Shown in pieces: positions 34,876 through 45,275 of a stretch of 50,933 bases of DNA. Position 1 is the stretch's first letter. Each line of letters begins with the position of its first letter. The notes under the pieces are model-generated. The model was not told the origin of the DNA. It did not search any database and was given only the letters and a program-made list of their open reading frames with translations. The translations under genes were made by a program, and so were the position numbers. Source of the DNA: Craspedostauros australis (Eukaryota); NCBI GenBank assembly GCA_030167865.1, contig JALAGF010002054.1, positions 1-50,933 on the forward strand, written 5' to 3'.

Positions 34876-36297
34876 CACGTGGGGTGGCTATGAAAACGGG
34901 TTGGAGCGATTAAGCTTGGCTGTTTCGTCGTGAACAGCGTTCGCAGAAGGGGATGAGGAGCACACGTGATTGGGACGGATCTCTGGACAGGAAGCAAAAA
35001 GGTTCTTTGGATGATTCGCAGGTACAAAAACAGACCGGACTGATGCGACTCGTGATCGAAGCATCGTATGGCGGGCAAGAGAAGTCCTCCCACGTGTGTT
35101 GTAAATACGCCCGTCGCAGCAAGAGGGGAAGGCGGATTGAGACTTGGTCGCCACGAACACACGAATGATTTGGTATTGATCGAACGAGTCGATACCAGGA
35201 CGAAGTTGCTGGCACCAACACTCACAGTAAAGTACTGTCCAAACGGTAACTTCGCCTCTCCTCCAACATTGAACTGCCCTCTTCGTTCACAAGTTAAACG
35301 TTGCTGTTGTCGATGGACCACTTCGCATGGAGGCTTCTTGCGACCGCCCAATTAGAGCGGGGACCTTTGCTCTTCCATGGACGTGAGCAGGCGCGCAAGC
35401 GAAGGTTGCGATGCCCTGTTTTAGAATCCCTCGTGACTCCTGTTCTGCTCTACGATCTGTGCAAGCGCATCAATGTTGCAAGAAGGATGTTGCAACAACT
35501 CCGGCACCGGATGATACAACAGTGACAAAGCTCGAATGCGAAGTGAGAAAGACAGAGCGAGAGAGAAACCTCTCTGTTGCGGACCCGCGAGCGGTGACAC
35601 GCGCTGCATGGATCTGGGGACGAAGATCTCTGCTTGCGATCATCTTCGAACAACAGGTCTGGAACTCGGTGCTGCTACGGTTGCTGTCTGTGCTGTTGTT
35701 GCTGGTGCTATTGCGTTGGGTTTGTCAAGCGACGGAATGTTGGACTCCACAACAACGAACCTGGCGGGAAGGAGATAATTTTGACGTGTCGGAGATGCGC
35801 AGTCTGGACTGTTAGCGTCTGATGGTTTTACACGTGGTCTGGCCGTTCTGTGGAAGCCCATTTCGTCTTGGGCCCTGTCCTGGTGGGCCAACGTGGAACA
35901 TTTTGGAAGGGGTTGCCCCAGAGAAAGGCTAAGCTTGCATACAGGGCTTCGACGAGCGATTCTATTCGCAGCATCATTTACGGGACCGTCAGCTGTCTCT
36001 TCGCGGAGGACGAAGACGAAGATAAACAAGCGACCAGGCATCAACCGTCAGTGACTAAATGTCGGTAATGGGCATAGTTGTGCAGGTACAAGACAAACAA
36101 CGACTAAATTGGCATAATTATGGCCACGTCGTTCGCTAAGGAAGGGTCCATGTCGTAGTACCCACGCCGCGCTGATCGTCCATCCACGTTGTTTCGCACG
36201 TCGTTTGGTGCTGTTGATTGGTGGGGAGGCCTGCTTCGGGACGCCAAACCTCCCTGCGAATGCGCACACCCGCGTTCACTTCCACCATGGTCACGTG
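34876..36297. promoter_or_regulatory. Cluster of five palindromic CACGTG (G/E-box) motifs in a divergent intergenic region
   Basis: CACGTG at 34876, 34963, 35091, 35831 and 36292; function is inferred only. Confidence 0.35.
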
Positions 36298-36792
36298 GTG
36301 GTGTGATTGCGAGCGCGATGTACGCGTGTGGTAGATTGTGCACGGACGCGCAAGTACACCGCAGTTGTTGTATCCGCAGACACGAAGTCACGCAAATTTG
36401 TGGGGCTTTGTACATCACAGTTCCCTCGTTTGTCCAACCACACCAACAGGACCAAAGATGCATCAAAGCCCTTCACGAGATCAACAGCAGCGCCAACAAC
36501 ACGCATGGTTGGTAGGCAGATCACCGTTTGTGTGCCACAACAAACAGCGACGACATTGCGTGTCTGAAACGATCGCAAGGAAACCACGAAAGTTAGTTGG
36601 TACGAATACGTTCCAACACAGACCAAGCAGAATCCTCATAACTTCATGAGCATTGAGGCCAGCAACAACAGAAAGCACAACAGTCATATCAGTACCATAC
36701 CATCATAGAATACCATCGGACCATCATAACACAACTCACAACACACAATTCAATACGATTGCATGGTCTAGAGCGTACTCTTGCACAACAAG

Positions 36793-39273
36793 ATGATAGC
36801 TACCACAGGCATGACGACGACCAGCATCCGTCTGCAGTGCGCACACAGCATGTGCATGACAAAGACCTGCGCGGACCCCTCCTCACAACCTCCCGTGCAG
36901 CCCTGCAGACGGAGGAGCAGCTCCAGCCACTACAGGCTGAGCTTCACGCATGCTTCCAACCCTCGCTCCACCTGCGCGCCGTCCATGCACTCCACAGCTG
37001 GCGCTGCGGCCATCGCTGCCCTGGCCATCGTGAATGGCAGCGGCCGCGGCAGTCTGCTCAGCGAAGACGGAGTGGATGAGATGGGTGTAATGGGTGAGAT
37101 GGACGAACTGCGCAACAGCGCAACATGCTCCACCTTGCAGAGCAGCAGCCGCCAGGGACGCAGCATCCACCGCACCAGCATGCTGAGCAACCAGGGCAGC
37201 GGGCACCACAGAGGCGCCTCCCGCGAGTTCCCCCCGCTGAAGGCCATCCGCACGTTCCACCAGATGACCTCGTCGCGCAGGATCAGCGATCTGGACGATG
37301 AAGAGGGGGACTTCGACTTGGACGAGGAGACGGTCAACGCGGATGATCTCATGCGCTTCACCAGCAACGCTTACTACGGTCGCTGCTACGAACGTCTGCA
37401 GGTGCTCAAGATCGCCAAGCGACGCGAAAGCGAGATCCATCCCAACGACGAGATCGTGTGGGATCCCGCGGATTGGGAGGGCGATGACGAGATCTGCGAT
37501 AGCTCTCACGCGCCCGTCACCTGCGGGGCCATGTACTACGAGGCCGATGAAGATGACTCCATCCACCACTCCCTCTGCGACTCTGTTCATGTGAAGGCTC
37601 GTTCCGCACCGTCTACACTGCCTGCACTGTCTACACTGTCTACACTATCTACATTGACTGAACCTGCTGCGGGTGCACTGTCTGCATCCTTCAGCAACTT
37701 CAACCTCAACACCAACATGAATGGCAACACCACTAACAACAACAGGAGCAAGAACAACATGAATAACACAAGCAAGGGCTATCAGAGAAGCTGCCTTCCT
37801 CCCACCAAACCATGTCGACGACCCAACCGCCGATCGATAGGACAGCAGTTCAAACCCAACCGCCTCAACTCCGAGCAGACGGCGCCCACCGTTGCCTCCT
37901 CCGTGGACTACGAGCAGGAATACCGCCATCAGCAACAGCAGCAGTACCAGCAACACGCCCAAACCAGCTTCAGCGAGGCTGATGGAGACGATGATATCAT
38001 CGATGACAGCACCTGCGACTATCAGCAGCAGGAGATCGTGGACGACAGCCACGACCACAGCAACACGGAACATGACCAGGAACATGAGCAGCAGGAGGAG
38101 GAAGACGAGGTCGATGATGACTTCGTGGACTACCCGCTCCATTTGCAGCCTGTCTCGTCCTCGCATGCCGTCATCCGCCTTCTCGCTCACAACGAGCACA
38201 ACAACCGCCATCAATACGACTGCGGTGAGAAGAAGGTCAGCGAAGATGAGGATGCGGCGACTGCAACGGACATTGATGACAGCGACGATCACGATGTGGA
38301 CTGCTTCGATATCGCCGATGGGTTGGACATCGTGCGTGAGGCAGCGCAGCGCATGCAAGTCATTCAGGCTCTGCCGCGTGCATCTGCGAAGAAACGACAG
38401 CTCAGCGATGGCACCACTGCCAGCCGGGCGACCATCACGGCAAGCAACACCAGCAGCCTCCAGGCCAACCGCATCCAGGCCAACACCAGCAACACTGCTC
38501 TCGATGCTGTGAAGAAGACCAAACGACAACGCCGCGTTGTGCGGTTTGCCTGCAACGTCCGAGTACGCAACGCCCTCTCCTTGAACGATTACACGCCCCT
38601 GGAGATGCAGCAGTGCTGGTACCAAGACGAGGATTACGACGCCATCATCCGGTCCTCCTACCATCTCATCCATCTCTACGAAACGGTGAGTCGCCGCAGT
38701 GCACACACCAACAACAACAACGATGACATCAACGACAGCGACCACGATGCGAGTGATCCCATCGTCAGCGTCGACATCGATGACAACGGCATTCACAACG
38801 ACGACACCATCCGCGGCCTCGAAAAGATGACCGCGGATGGCCTGCGCAGACGTGATCGCCGTCGCAACAAGGCCTACGGCGCCGTCCTCGAGGAGCAGGA
38901 GGGACAGCGCAACGAGCATGGCCACGTGGATGCGCAAGTGCTGGCGGAAGTGTATTACGCCATCTCATCCAAGTGCCAGAAACGTGCCAGGAAGGTGGGC
39001 AAGGCGGATGCCGCCAGTGCCATGGAGATTCATAACGAAGCCGAAAACAATGATGATGCTGATGGTGATGATGCTGCTGCTGATGAACCATCATCCTCCG
39101 AGCTGCTCCTACCATCGTCTTCGCCAGAACACAATGGTGCAAGCAACGATCACATCGACTCCTCGCCAACCCTGCCGGTTAGAACGCGGGCTCCTCTCAC
39201 TCTGGAGACGGACATCAACCCAATCCCAATCTCCAATCCGAAATGTTTCAGCCCAGTCGCTCGGGCTGCCTAA
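36793..39273 (+). CDS. Large acidic low-complexity protein with C-terminal 'VxF-WY-RGLE-EQ' domain, member 4 (~826 aa)
   Basis: Long open frame with first ATG at 36793. RRVVRF...CWYQDEDY...IRGLEKM...VLEEQEGQ...LAEVY...DAASA. Confidence 0.87.
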   Translation: MIATTGMTTTSIRLQCAHSMCMTKTCADPSSQPPVQPCRRRSSSSHYRLSFTHASNPRSTCAPSMHSTAGAAAIAALAIVNGSGRGSLLSEDGVDEMGVMGEMDELRNSATCSTLQSSSRQGRSIHRTSMLSNQGSGHHRGASREFPPLKAIRTFHQMTSSRRISDLDDEEGDFDLDEETVNADDLMRFTSNAYYGRCYERLQVLKIAKRRESEIHPNDEIVWDPADWEGDDEICDSSHAPVTCGAMYYEADEDDSIHHSLCDSVHVKARSAPSTLPALSTLSTLSTLTEPAAGALSASFSNFNLNTNMNGNTTNNNRSKNNMNNTSKGYQRSCLPPTKPCRRPNRRSIGQQFKPNRLNSEQTAPTVASSVDYEQEYRHQQQQQYQQHAQTSFSEADGDDDIIDDSTCDYQQQEIVDDSHDHSNTEHDQEHEQQEEEDEVDDDFVDYPLHLQPVSSSHAVIRLLAHNEHNNRHQYDCGEKKVSEDEDAATATDIDDSDDHDVDCFDIADGLDIVREAAQRMQVIQALPRASAKKRQLSDGTTASRATITASNTSSLQANRIQANTSNTALDAVKKTKRQRRVVRFACNVRVRNALSLNDYTPLEMQQCWYQDEDYDAIIRSSYHLIHLYETVSRRSAHTNNNNDDINDSDHDASDPIVSVDIDDNGIHNDDTIRGLEKMTADGLRRRDRRRNKAYGAVLEEQEGQRNEHGHVDAQVLAEVYYAISSKCQKRARKVGKADAASAMEIHNEAENNDDADGDDAAADEPSSSELLLPSSSPEHNGASNDHIDSSPTLPVRTRAPLTLETDINPIPISNPKCFSPVARAA

Positions 39274-39788
39274 ATGACTCAACGCAGCACGACATTCCAC
39301 GAAGCACAGCGCAAAGAAGCACAAGACAGATCAGCGTCTTCGTGGTGAGTGGTGCGAGTAGTTATTCTTATATTATTAATAGTACTCCGTCATCGCCAAT
39401 AGAAACAAGGACAGTACCTACTAAAAGCAAAACATATCACATCATCCATCAACAAGGAAAATACTGTGTTTGTCCGTACAATACATGCGTCGCAGCACTT
39501 CCGTCTGCACCATCGACATCGTCTCATACTGGGAATGGCAGCGCTCCTACTGCCGTACGATTCCTCATTGACCTGAGCATGCAGAACAGCAGGAGAGAAT
39601 GTCATCACCATTGCTTTGCTGTGACAACTATGGTACTGTATAGTATATAGTACTGTAGTGGTGGTGAACACTTGAGACTATGACGCGCTTGCTATGACGT
39701 GCTTGTGATATGCATTGCTGTATTGATCATGCCGGTCTACAACATGCCATGTCCTGCACAGCTTACTCTGCAAATGTTGTGGATGCTG

Positions 39789-40844
39789 CTACTGGTATAA
39801 CCGAATGAGCTCATCGGACACGGCGCTGGGGGTGAGGACGCCGAGGTCGGTGAAGAGCAGCGTGATGAACTTGGCAGGCGTGTAATCGCAGAGCGGGTTC
39901 TCGCAGGCGACCTTGTCGGGCAGGTCCTGTATGACGCCTGTGGTGGTCTGAGCTGAGGCTGGTGTGGATGCCGTCGTGTCGCAGACCCTGATCGGTATCT
40001 TCGTGGTGCTGTAGGGCAGATCCTTCTGGTTGAGGGGATAGAGACGCGCGAACTTGTAGCTCTCCGCCCCGACGTAGAAGGGCTTGCCGTGTGCCTTGGC
40101 GCAGGCCGCGAGCGCGTAGGTGCCTATCTTGTTGACGCAGCCGCCGTTCTCCACGACGGACTCGGCGCCGACCAGGACGATGTCCACGGACTCCATGATG
40201 TAGCCCATGGCCGAGTCCAGCACCACCTTGGTGGGTATGTTGTTGGTGCTGTGCGAGGCGTAGAACCTGGCGGCCTTGGCCCCCGCAGCGTCCGGGCGTC
40301 CCTCCAGGATGACGATGTCGAAGTTCTTGGTCTCGGCGGCCTGCAGCAGGATGGAGGCGACCACGCGGCTCCAGCCGTGCGTGAGGACCGTCTGTCCCTC
40401 CTGGATGAACTCGGAGGCCACCGTGGCGATGCGGTCGCGCGCTGTGAGGCTCATGCCGGCAAACCTCTGGCCTCTCTCCAGCACCTCCTGCCGGCAGGAC
40501 TCGAAGTTGGGCAGCTCGAGGAAGGAGCGCGTGACGTACTTGAGGAAGAGGTCGCAGCCGCTGGCCAGCGCGATCTGGCTGCGTCCTTTGCTGCTGCTGC
40601 CCCTCGACACCTGCAGGTCGTCCAGCATGATCTGCTGGGCCTGGCGCAGCTCGTCCTGCAAGCCCATCATCGTGGTGGCCTGCGAACGCTCCACGACGCC
40701 CAGCAAGGCCTTGATGGCCGCCACGGGAGTCGCCATGACGCTCTTGTCGAACAGTGACGACGTCTCGCCTTGCCTCTGCTTCAGGAATCCACGCAGATCC
40801 TTCAGCACCTGCGGAATGCTCTCATCGCCGCCCTCGTCCACCAT
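39789..40844 (-). CDS. EIF2B1: Translation initiation factor eIF2B subunit alpha
   Basis: AAIKALLGVV..SQATTMMGL, LASGCDLF, VLTHGWSRVV, LEGRP, LDSAMGYIMESVDIVLVGAESVVENGG, AESYKFARLYPLNQKDLP, DYTP..ITLLFTDLGVLTPSAVSDELI. ATG at 40844. Confidence 0.96.
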   Translation of the reverse strand: MVDEGGDESIPQVLKDLRGFLKQRQGETSSLFDKSVMATPVAAIKALLGVVERSQATTMMGLQDELRQAQQIMLDDLQVSRGSSSKGRSQIALASGCDLFLKYVTRSFLELPNFESCRQEVLERGQRFAGMSLTARDRIATVASEFIQEGQTVLTHGWSRVVASILLQAAETKNFDIVILEGRPDAAGAKAARFYASHSTNNIPTKVVLDSAMGYIMESVDIVLVGAESVVENGGCVNKIGTYALAACAKAHGKPFYVGAESYKFARLYPLNQKDLPYSTTKIPIRVCDTTASTPASAQTTTGVIQDLPDKVACENPLCDYTPAKFITLLFTDLGVLTPSAVSDELIRLYQ

Positions 40845-40851
40845 TGTTAAC

Positions 40852-40915
40852 AATTATATTATATTATAGAATATTATATTTTACTCTATTATGCTCTATT
40901 ATACTCTATTATATG
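40852..40915. repeat. AT-rich low-complexity tract with (CTCTATTAT-x) x3 directly upstream of the eIF2B alpha start
   Basis: attatattatattatagaatattatattttactctattatgctctattatactctattatatg. Confidence 0.75.
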
Positions 40916-41336
40916 ATAGAGTACTAGTGTTGTTGTTGTTGTTGCTATGGTCTGCTCTGCTCTGCTTGGCATCAAGTGTCAGTTGGTTGCGATCGTGTTT
41001 GAGGCTGCGTTTGCGGCCGCGCGTTTGGAAGGATCCAACTCAAGAGATTCGCGCCATTGTCCACTTGTTACCTGCGACCTCGAAGCGCATGACAGACAGT
41101 ATCGAAGATCTGCACGTTTGAGTTTCCACGCTATCCAACATCAATTTGCGCGCTTTGGCAGATCCCACACGAAGCAAAGCAAGATCTATCATACTCGTAC
41201 GACTGCTGGTGTGCTCTCGACACTTCCATTCTAGCAAGGATTCAAGTGGCCGATGAATGTCGCTGTCCCCTTATATCGCAAGGCTATTGGTTGCTTCGCG
41301 TTAAACTAGAGTGCTCTACTTTGTTTGTTTGCTTGT

Positions 41337-41651
41337 TTATCTGCGGCCGAATCGTGGTGGTGGGGTGCGGATGCGGCGGTTGGTGCGGGAACGTCCACGG
41401 ACGACACGCTGATGCACGGCGGCTTCGACGCAGTAGAACATTTTCAGGTACAGCTTTGGGAGCTGGTATTCTTGGTAGGCGGAGGCCTCCTTGATATCAC
41501 GCAGGGAGGAGGCATCGACGATGTTACGCACGATGAAGCGCTTGATCGCCTTATCCTTTGGGATGGCCTTTCCTGTGCTAACGCATCGGACACGCTTGAC
41601 GTGCCCGCGTCCCTTCTTGTTGCGGCCGTGGTTACGTCTCTTGACAGTCAT
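41337..41651 (-). CDS. RPS26: 40S ribosomal protein S26 (eS26)
   Basis: [23 protein letters not shown]...[17 protein letters not shown]...[25 protein letters not shown]. Confidence 0.98.
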   Translation of the reverse strand: MTVKRRNHGRNKKGRGHVKRVRCVSTGKAIPKDKAIKRFIVRNIVDASSLRDIKEASAYQEYQLPKLYLKMFYCVEAAVHQRVVRGRSRTNRRIRTPPPRFGRR

Positions 41652-43069
41652 CTTGCAATTGAATCTTTCTGTTTCTGTGTCATTCGATTGGGTGTGTGTC
41701 AGTTGGCGTCAAATGGGTGGTTGTTGATGTTGGGAAGTTATATCGAACGTCGTGCAAAGGTAAACACAAAGTGAGAAATCAATCGTTGATGTCAGCAAAG
41801 AATGGCGCGCAACGCAGCTCGTCTTCAATGTGGACTCAGGTGGAAGGGGGATGTGTCCAATGTGGTGCACGGGTTGTGGCTGATTGTGGCTGCTTGTGGT
41901 GTGGTGTTTTCCACCATGACATTCGTTGGTTGGTGCCGTTCGAGTGGCTGTATTTGCTCATCGCATCGTGGTCGTTCAGCTTTCCACTCTCTGAATCCCA
42001 CTACTCATTCCATCGGTCTCGGACAGCCGACCATCGTCGCTGAGTGCGCATGGATCCTCCCGTTTGATTTGGCTTGCTCTGCTCCTCCCATGGTCCTCTC
42101 TCTCTCTCGTCGATTCTCGGCTTGCGACGTCTTGTGCTTTCCTGATTCTCATGTTGACGGCACCCTCCTTGAATGCATGGACAACGCCTCGTTCACAACC
42201 GATACCCACAACACACCACACCACCCCACACCCTCAACGATCCTCGCACACCTCAACCGCATCCCGTCATGCATCGCCTTCACGAGACCTCCATCACATT
42301 CTCATCTTGGTTCAGCTCCGTCGTCAAAACACCATCTTCAGGACCGTACCTCCGACACTTGCTCTGTGATCCTCTCAACGTTGGAGCTGCTACCGTTGCT
42401 GGTGTTGCTGCGTGGTGGTCCTGTTGCTGTTGTTTGGTTTTGCCAACCAACATGGCAACACAGCCTCCTCGCACGAAAACTCGCGATGTCGTGTCGTGTT
42501 ACTCGAAATTAGTAATCAGGTATTGAGGTTGATTCGTTCGAGTGCAAAATGAAATTAGTCGATTTAGTCAATCGTCAGTTTTTCGTCGCGTTTGTATTGA
42601 TCAGTCTACCAGAACGAGTAGAGAGCCTCGAAACGATAAGGATGGAAACAAGCGCAACCAACACGGACGAAGCTCAACTAGTGGAGGAAAGTCGATCGTA
42701 GAGCAGGATAGTCCACTATTTCCTCGATTCCGCTAAATATAAGGCAACCGTTGCGCTCTTGATGGGCTGTGCAAGATGGCGAAGGAAGAAGCAACAACCA
42801 GCATTGCGATGATGAGAACGAAACCATTCGTATCCACACTACTTCAGGTCGTACACGTTTCTGTTCACAATGAAGAGGATCTCTAAAGCTCTGCTTGAAA
42901 CGTAGTGCTGCACTCCAAAGTGCTCTGGAATACTCTTATAGAGAGTATTCTATGTAATGAGATTTCACGAGTATTGTATCAATCGAGCAGGGTATCTTCT
43001 TGCAAACCACACCACCTTCATGGGGCAGTGTGCTCTACCCGCACATACTCCACTCGTTTGGCTTCCAAG

Positions 43070-43960
43070 TCAATGGCATCGTCTGATGAGATGTTCGATG
43101 GCGATGGGGACGTCTTCAGGGAGCAAATCGTAGTACACCGGGTTTGCATCAAGATTTGTCTTGGTGATGAGGATGTTGTTCCTCCAGAAACCTTCGTATC
43201 CGATTGGAAGCTGGGACACTCGGTCGCTGCGAGATATAATGCGCTGGATGCATTGGTTGGATTGGGAGACGCCGTCCACAAGGTAGTCGTCCTTGTGAAC
43301 GATCTGGATGATGAGCTCGTTCCCAATGCGGCCGGCGCGGTTGAAGGACCTAAAGCCAGGGATGTGCTGATCCGTCTCCAAATCCCAAAACGAAGGGCCT
43401 TCATCATCTTGTTTCAAAGTGCAAAGCAGCTTGACCCAAACCGGAGTTTCGGATCTCTCTGGAAGGAGGAGAGCAATGGCTGTATCCGGGCCAGAGGTGG
43501 GGTATTTAATGTTGCAGAAGATCCTGTGGACAGGCCAATGACTGGCTTGGCATGCCTTGGAGCAGAAACGGACATCGTGACACGATCCGCAGGTCTTTTT
43601 GGTTGCACGGAAGCAAACGCTGCAGGATGATCCAGGCACAAAGCTGGTAGGGTTGCTGACCTCCGTCAGCTGCAGCGGAAGATCTCGGATTTGGTGTTCT
43701 GGTACGCCATATCGGCGCAAGAACGCTGCCATGGTCTCATCGTCGACTCTTGTCCCAAAACCAATCTGGCCGGTGTGCAAATCAAAGTACGATCCTCCAC
43801 CGTCGCCGATACCGATCATCTTGGTCACAGCATTGACTTGTGCAGATGCATTTGGGTTGTATCTCAAGCGGCTGTCCGTAACAGTAAGGAAGACTCCAGA
43901 TGTGGGATCATCTCCATATGCCACGGAAATTGGATAGTTGTTGATCTTGTGTCGAACCAT
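43070..43960 (-). CDS. MYND-type zinc finger protein with uncharacterised N- and C-terminal domains (296 aa)
   Basis: CSVC...CGSC...FCSKACQASHWPVHRIFC matches the MYND C4-C2HC pattern; intronless ORF. Confidence 0.88.
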   Translation of the reverse strand: MVRHKINNYPISVAYGDDPTSGVFLTVTDSRLRYNPNASAQVNAVTKMIGIGDGGGSYFDLHTGQIGFGTRVDDETMAAFLRRYGVPEHQIRDLPLQLTEVSNPTSFVPGSSCSVCFRATKKTCGSCHDVRFCSKACQASHWPVHRIFCNIKYPTSGPDTAIALLLPERSETPVWVKLLCTLKQDDEGPSFWDLETDQHIPGFRSFNRAGRIGNELIIQIVHKDDYLVDGVSQSNQCIQRIISRSDRVSQLPIGYEGFWRNNILITKTNLDANPVYYDLLPEDVPIAIEHLIRRCH

Positions 43961-44736
43961 GCTGGTGTGTCGTGTATCCTCGCCGTGCGAATCGCTTGCG
44001 TATGGTGCTTGGGGTGGAAGCTAATTTTGTGGACCTTGGCACTCGTAGTTGTACGAGTATTGACACTGTGCCCCCGCCCACCATCTCGCTCTTTTCCTTG
44101 CTTCAGCATATTGCGGGGTACAAGCACAAAAAGTTCGTATGCACTGTACCATGGTAAGCCATCTTCAACCCCATCATGATGACTTGTTGTGCGTGGCATC
44201 ACAGTAGTGATTTCAGCAGAATGAAATTTCCCGAGCAGTGGCCCCACCCTGGTCACTCTCATGACGAACGCAAAGATACTTCTTTGCCAAAGGATACCAT
44301 AGCACATTCTCCTCCAGATCTCGAAGGTGATCTGGTCATCATTGGATCTAATGATGCGACTTGAATCACAGTCCGTAAGGGATAGAGTAGTGCTTGATGT
44401 GGTGCATGCTCCGAGTACCCCTGCGCTCCTCCATTCAGGCAGATCCGTTGATATCATCCAATTGCTCGTATTGATCATTGACCTCCAGGTTTGTCCACAG
44501 CCTCTCATCCTTCCTCAGATGGTTACCCAGCATTCACTCGTGCTATACGAGTACTCGTAGCTGCGTGGTATGAGAGCTTTCCGAATCAACTGAAGGAGCA
44601 CTGCCTCCAAGGCATGAGCACAACAGGGACAGGAAGATGCACTCATTGACGAAGATTCGAGCTGCCATCAGCTTCATTGTCAGGAACAGCTTTGAGGAAG
44701 TTGAGGTCAGCCAGCCAGAGAGATGGAGGTTGTGCT

Positions 44737-44910
44737 TGACGTGCTTGACGTGCATCAAGGGCCGAAGATCAAAGGCGTGCGCCAATGGGCCGCTGTTGGT
44801 ACTCGGAGGGACGAGTAGCTGCAGGTATCGAGGGAGTGCCGTTCATCGTGTTTGTGCTCAAACCGTGCGACGTGAAGCGGAGGAACTCAGACGTGCTGCG
44901 GTGTGACGTG
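44737..44910 (+). promoter_or_regulatory. Cluster of five GACGTG motifs (three as TGACGTG), bZIP-type sites
   Basis: TGACGTG at 44737, 44746 and 44904; GACGTG at 44869 and 44890. All on the same strand, ~370-540 bp upstream of ATG 45276. Confidence 0.4.
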
Positions 44911-45275
44911 GTGATGGACTCAAGCAATTTCGACCAACACGAATCAACCAGTCCCGAGATATCGTCGCATGTCTCGTTCTGTGCAGTTTTGGAACGCAAA
45001 CCAGTGGAAGCGCAAAACTGCACAGACGGAAACCACTCACACAAAAATGGTGAAAACGACACCAAACACGATGACGATCGAACACACTCCGACGCCTGAG
45101 CAGGAGGGTGAGGTGCCTCTTCTCTCTCTCCCTCTCTCTTGCGGTCTCCTCACATCCATCTGATCATAAAACCAGCACCTCAACAGCCTTGACACATTCA
45201 CATCTTCACACTCAAGCCAACTCAAATCAACTCAAATCAACTCAACCAAAACCAACACAGCACAACATATTCAAC

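Noticed and set aside
42530-42550. GTTCGA T-loop-like strings as tRNA genes (also ~41938)
   Set aside because: No flanking T-stem, acceptor stem or cloverleaf pairing could be built.
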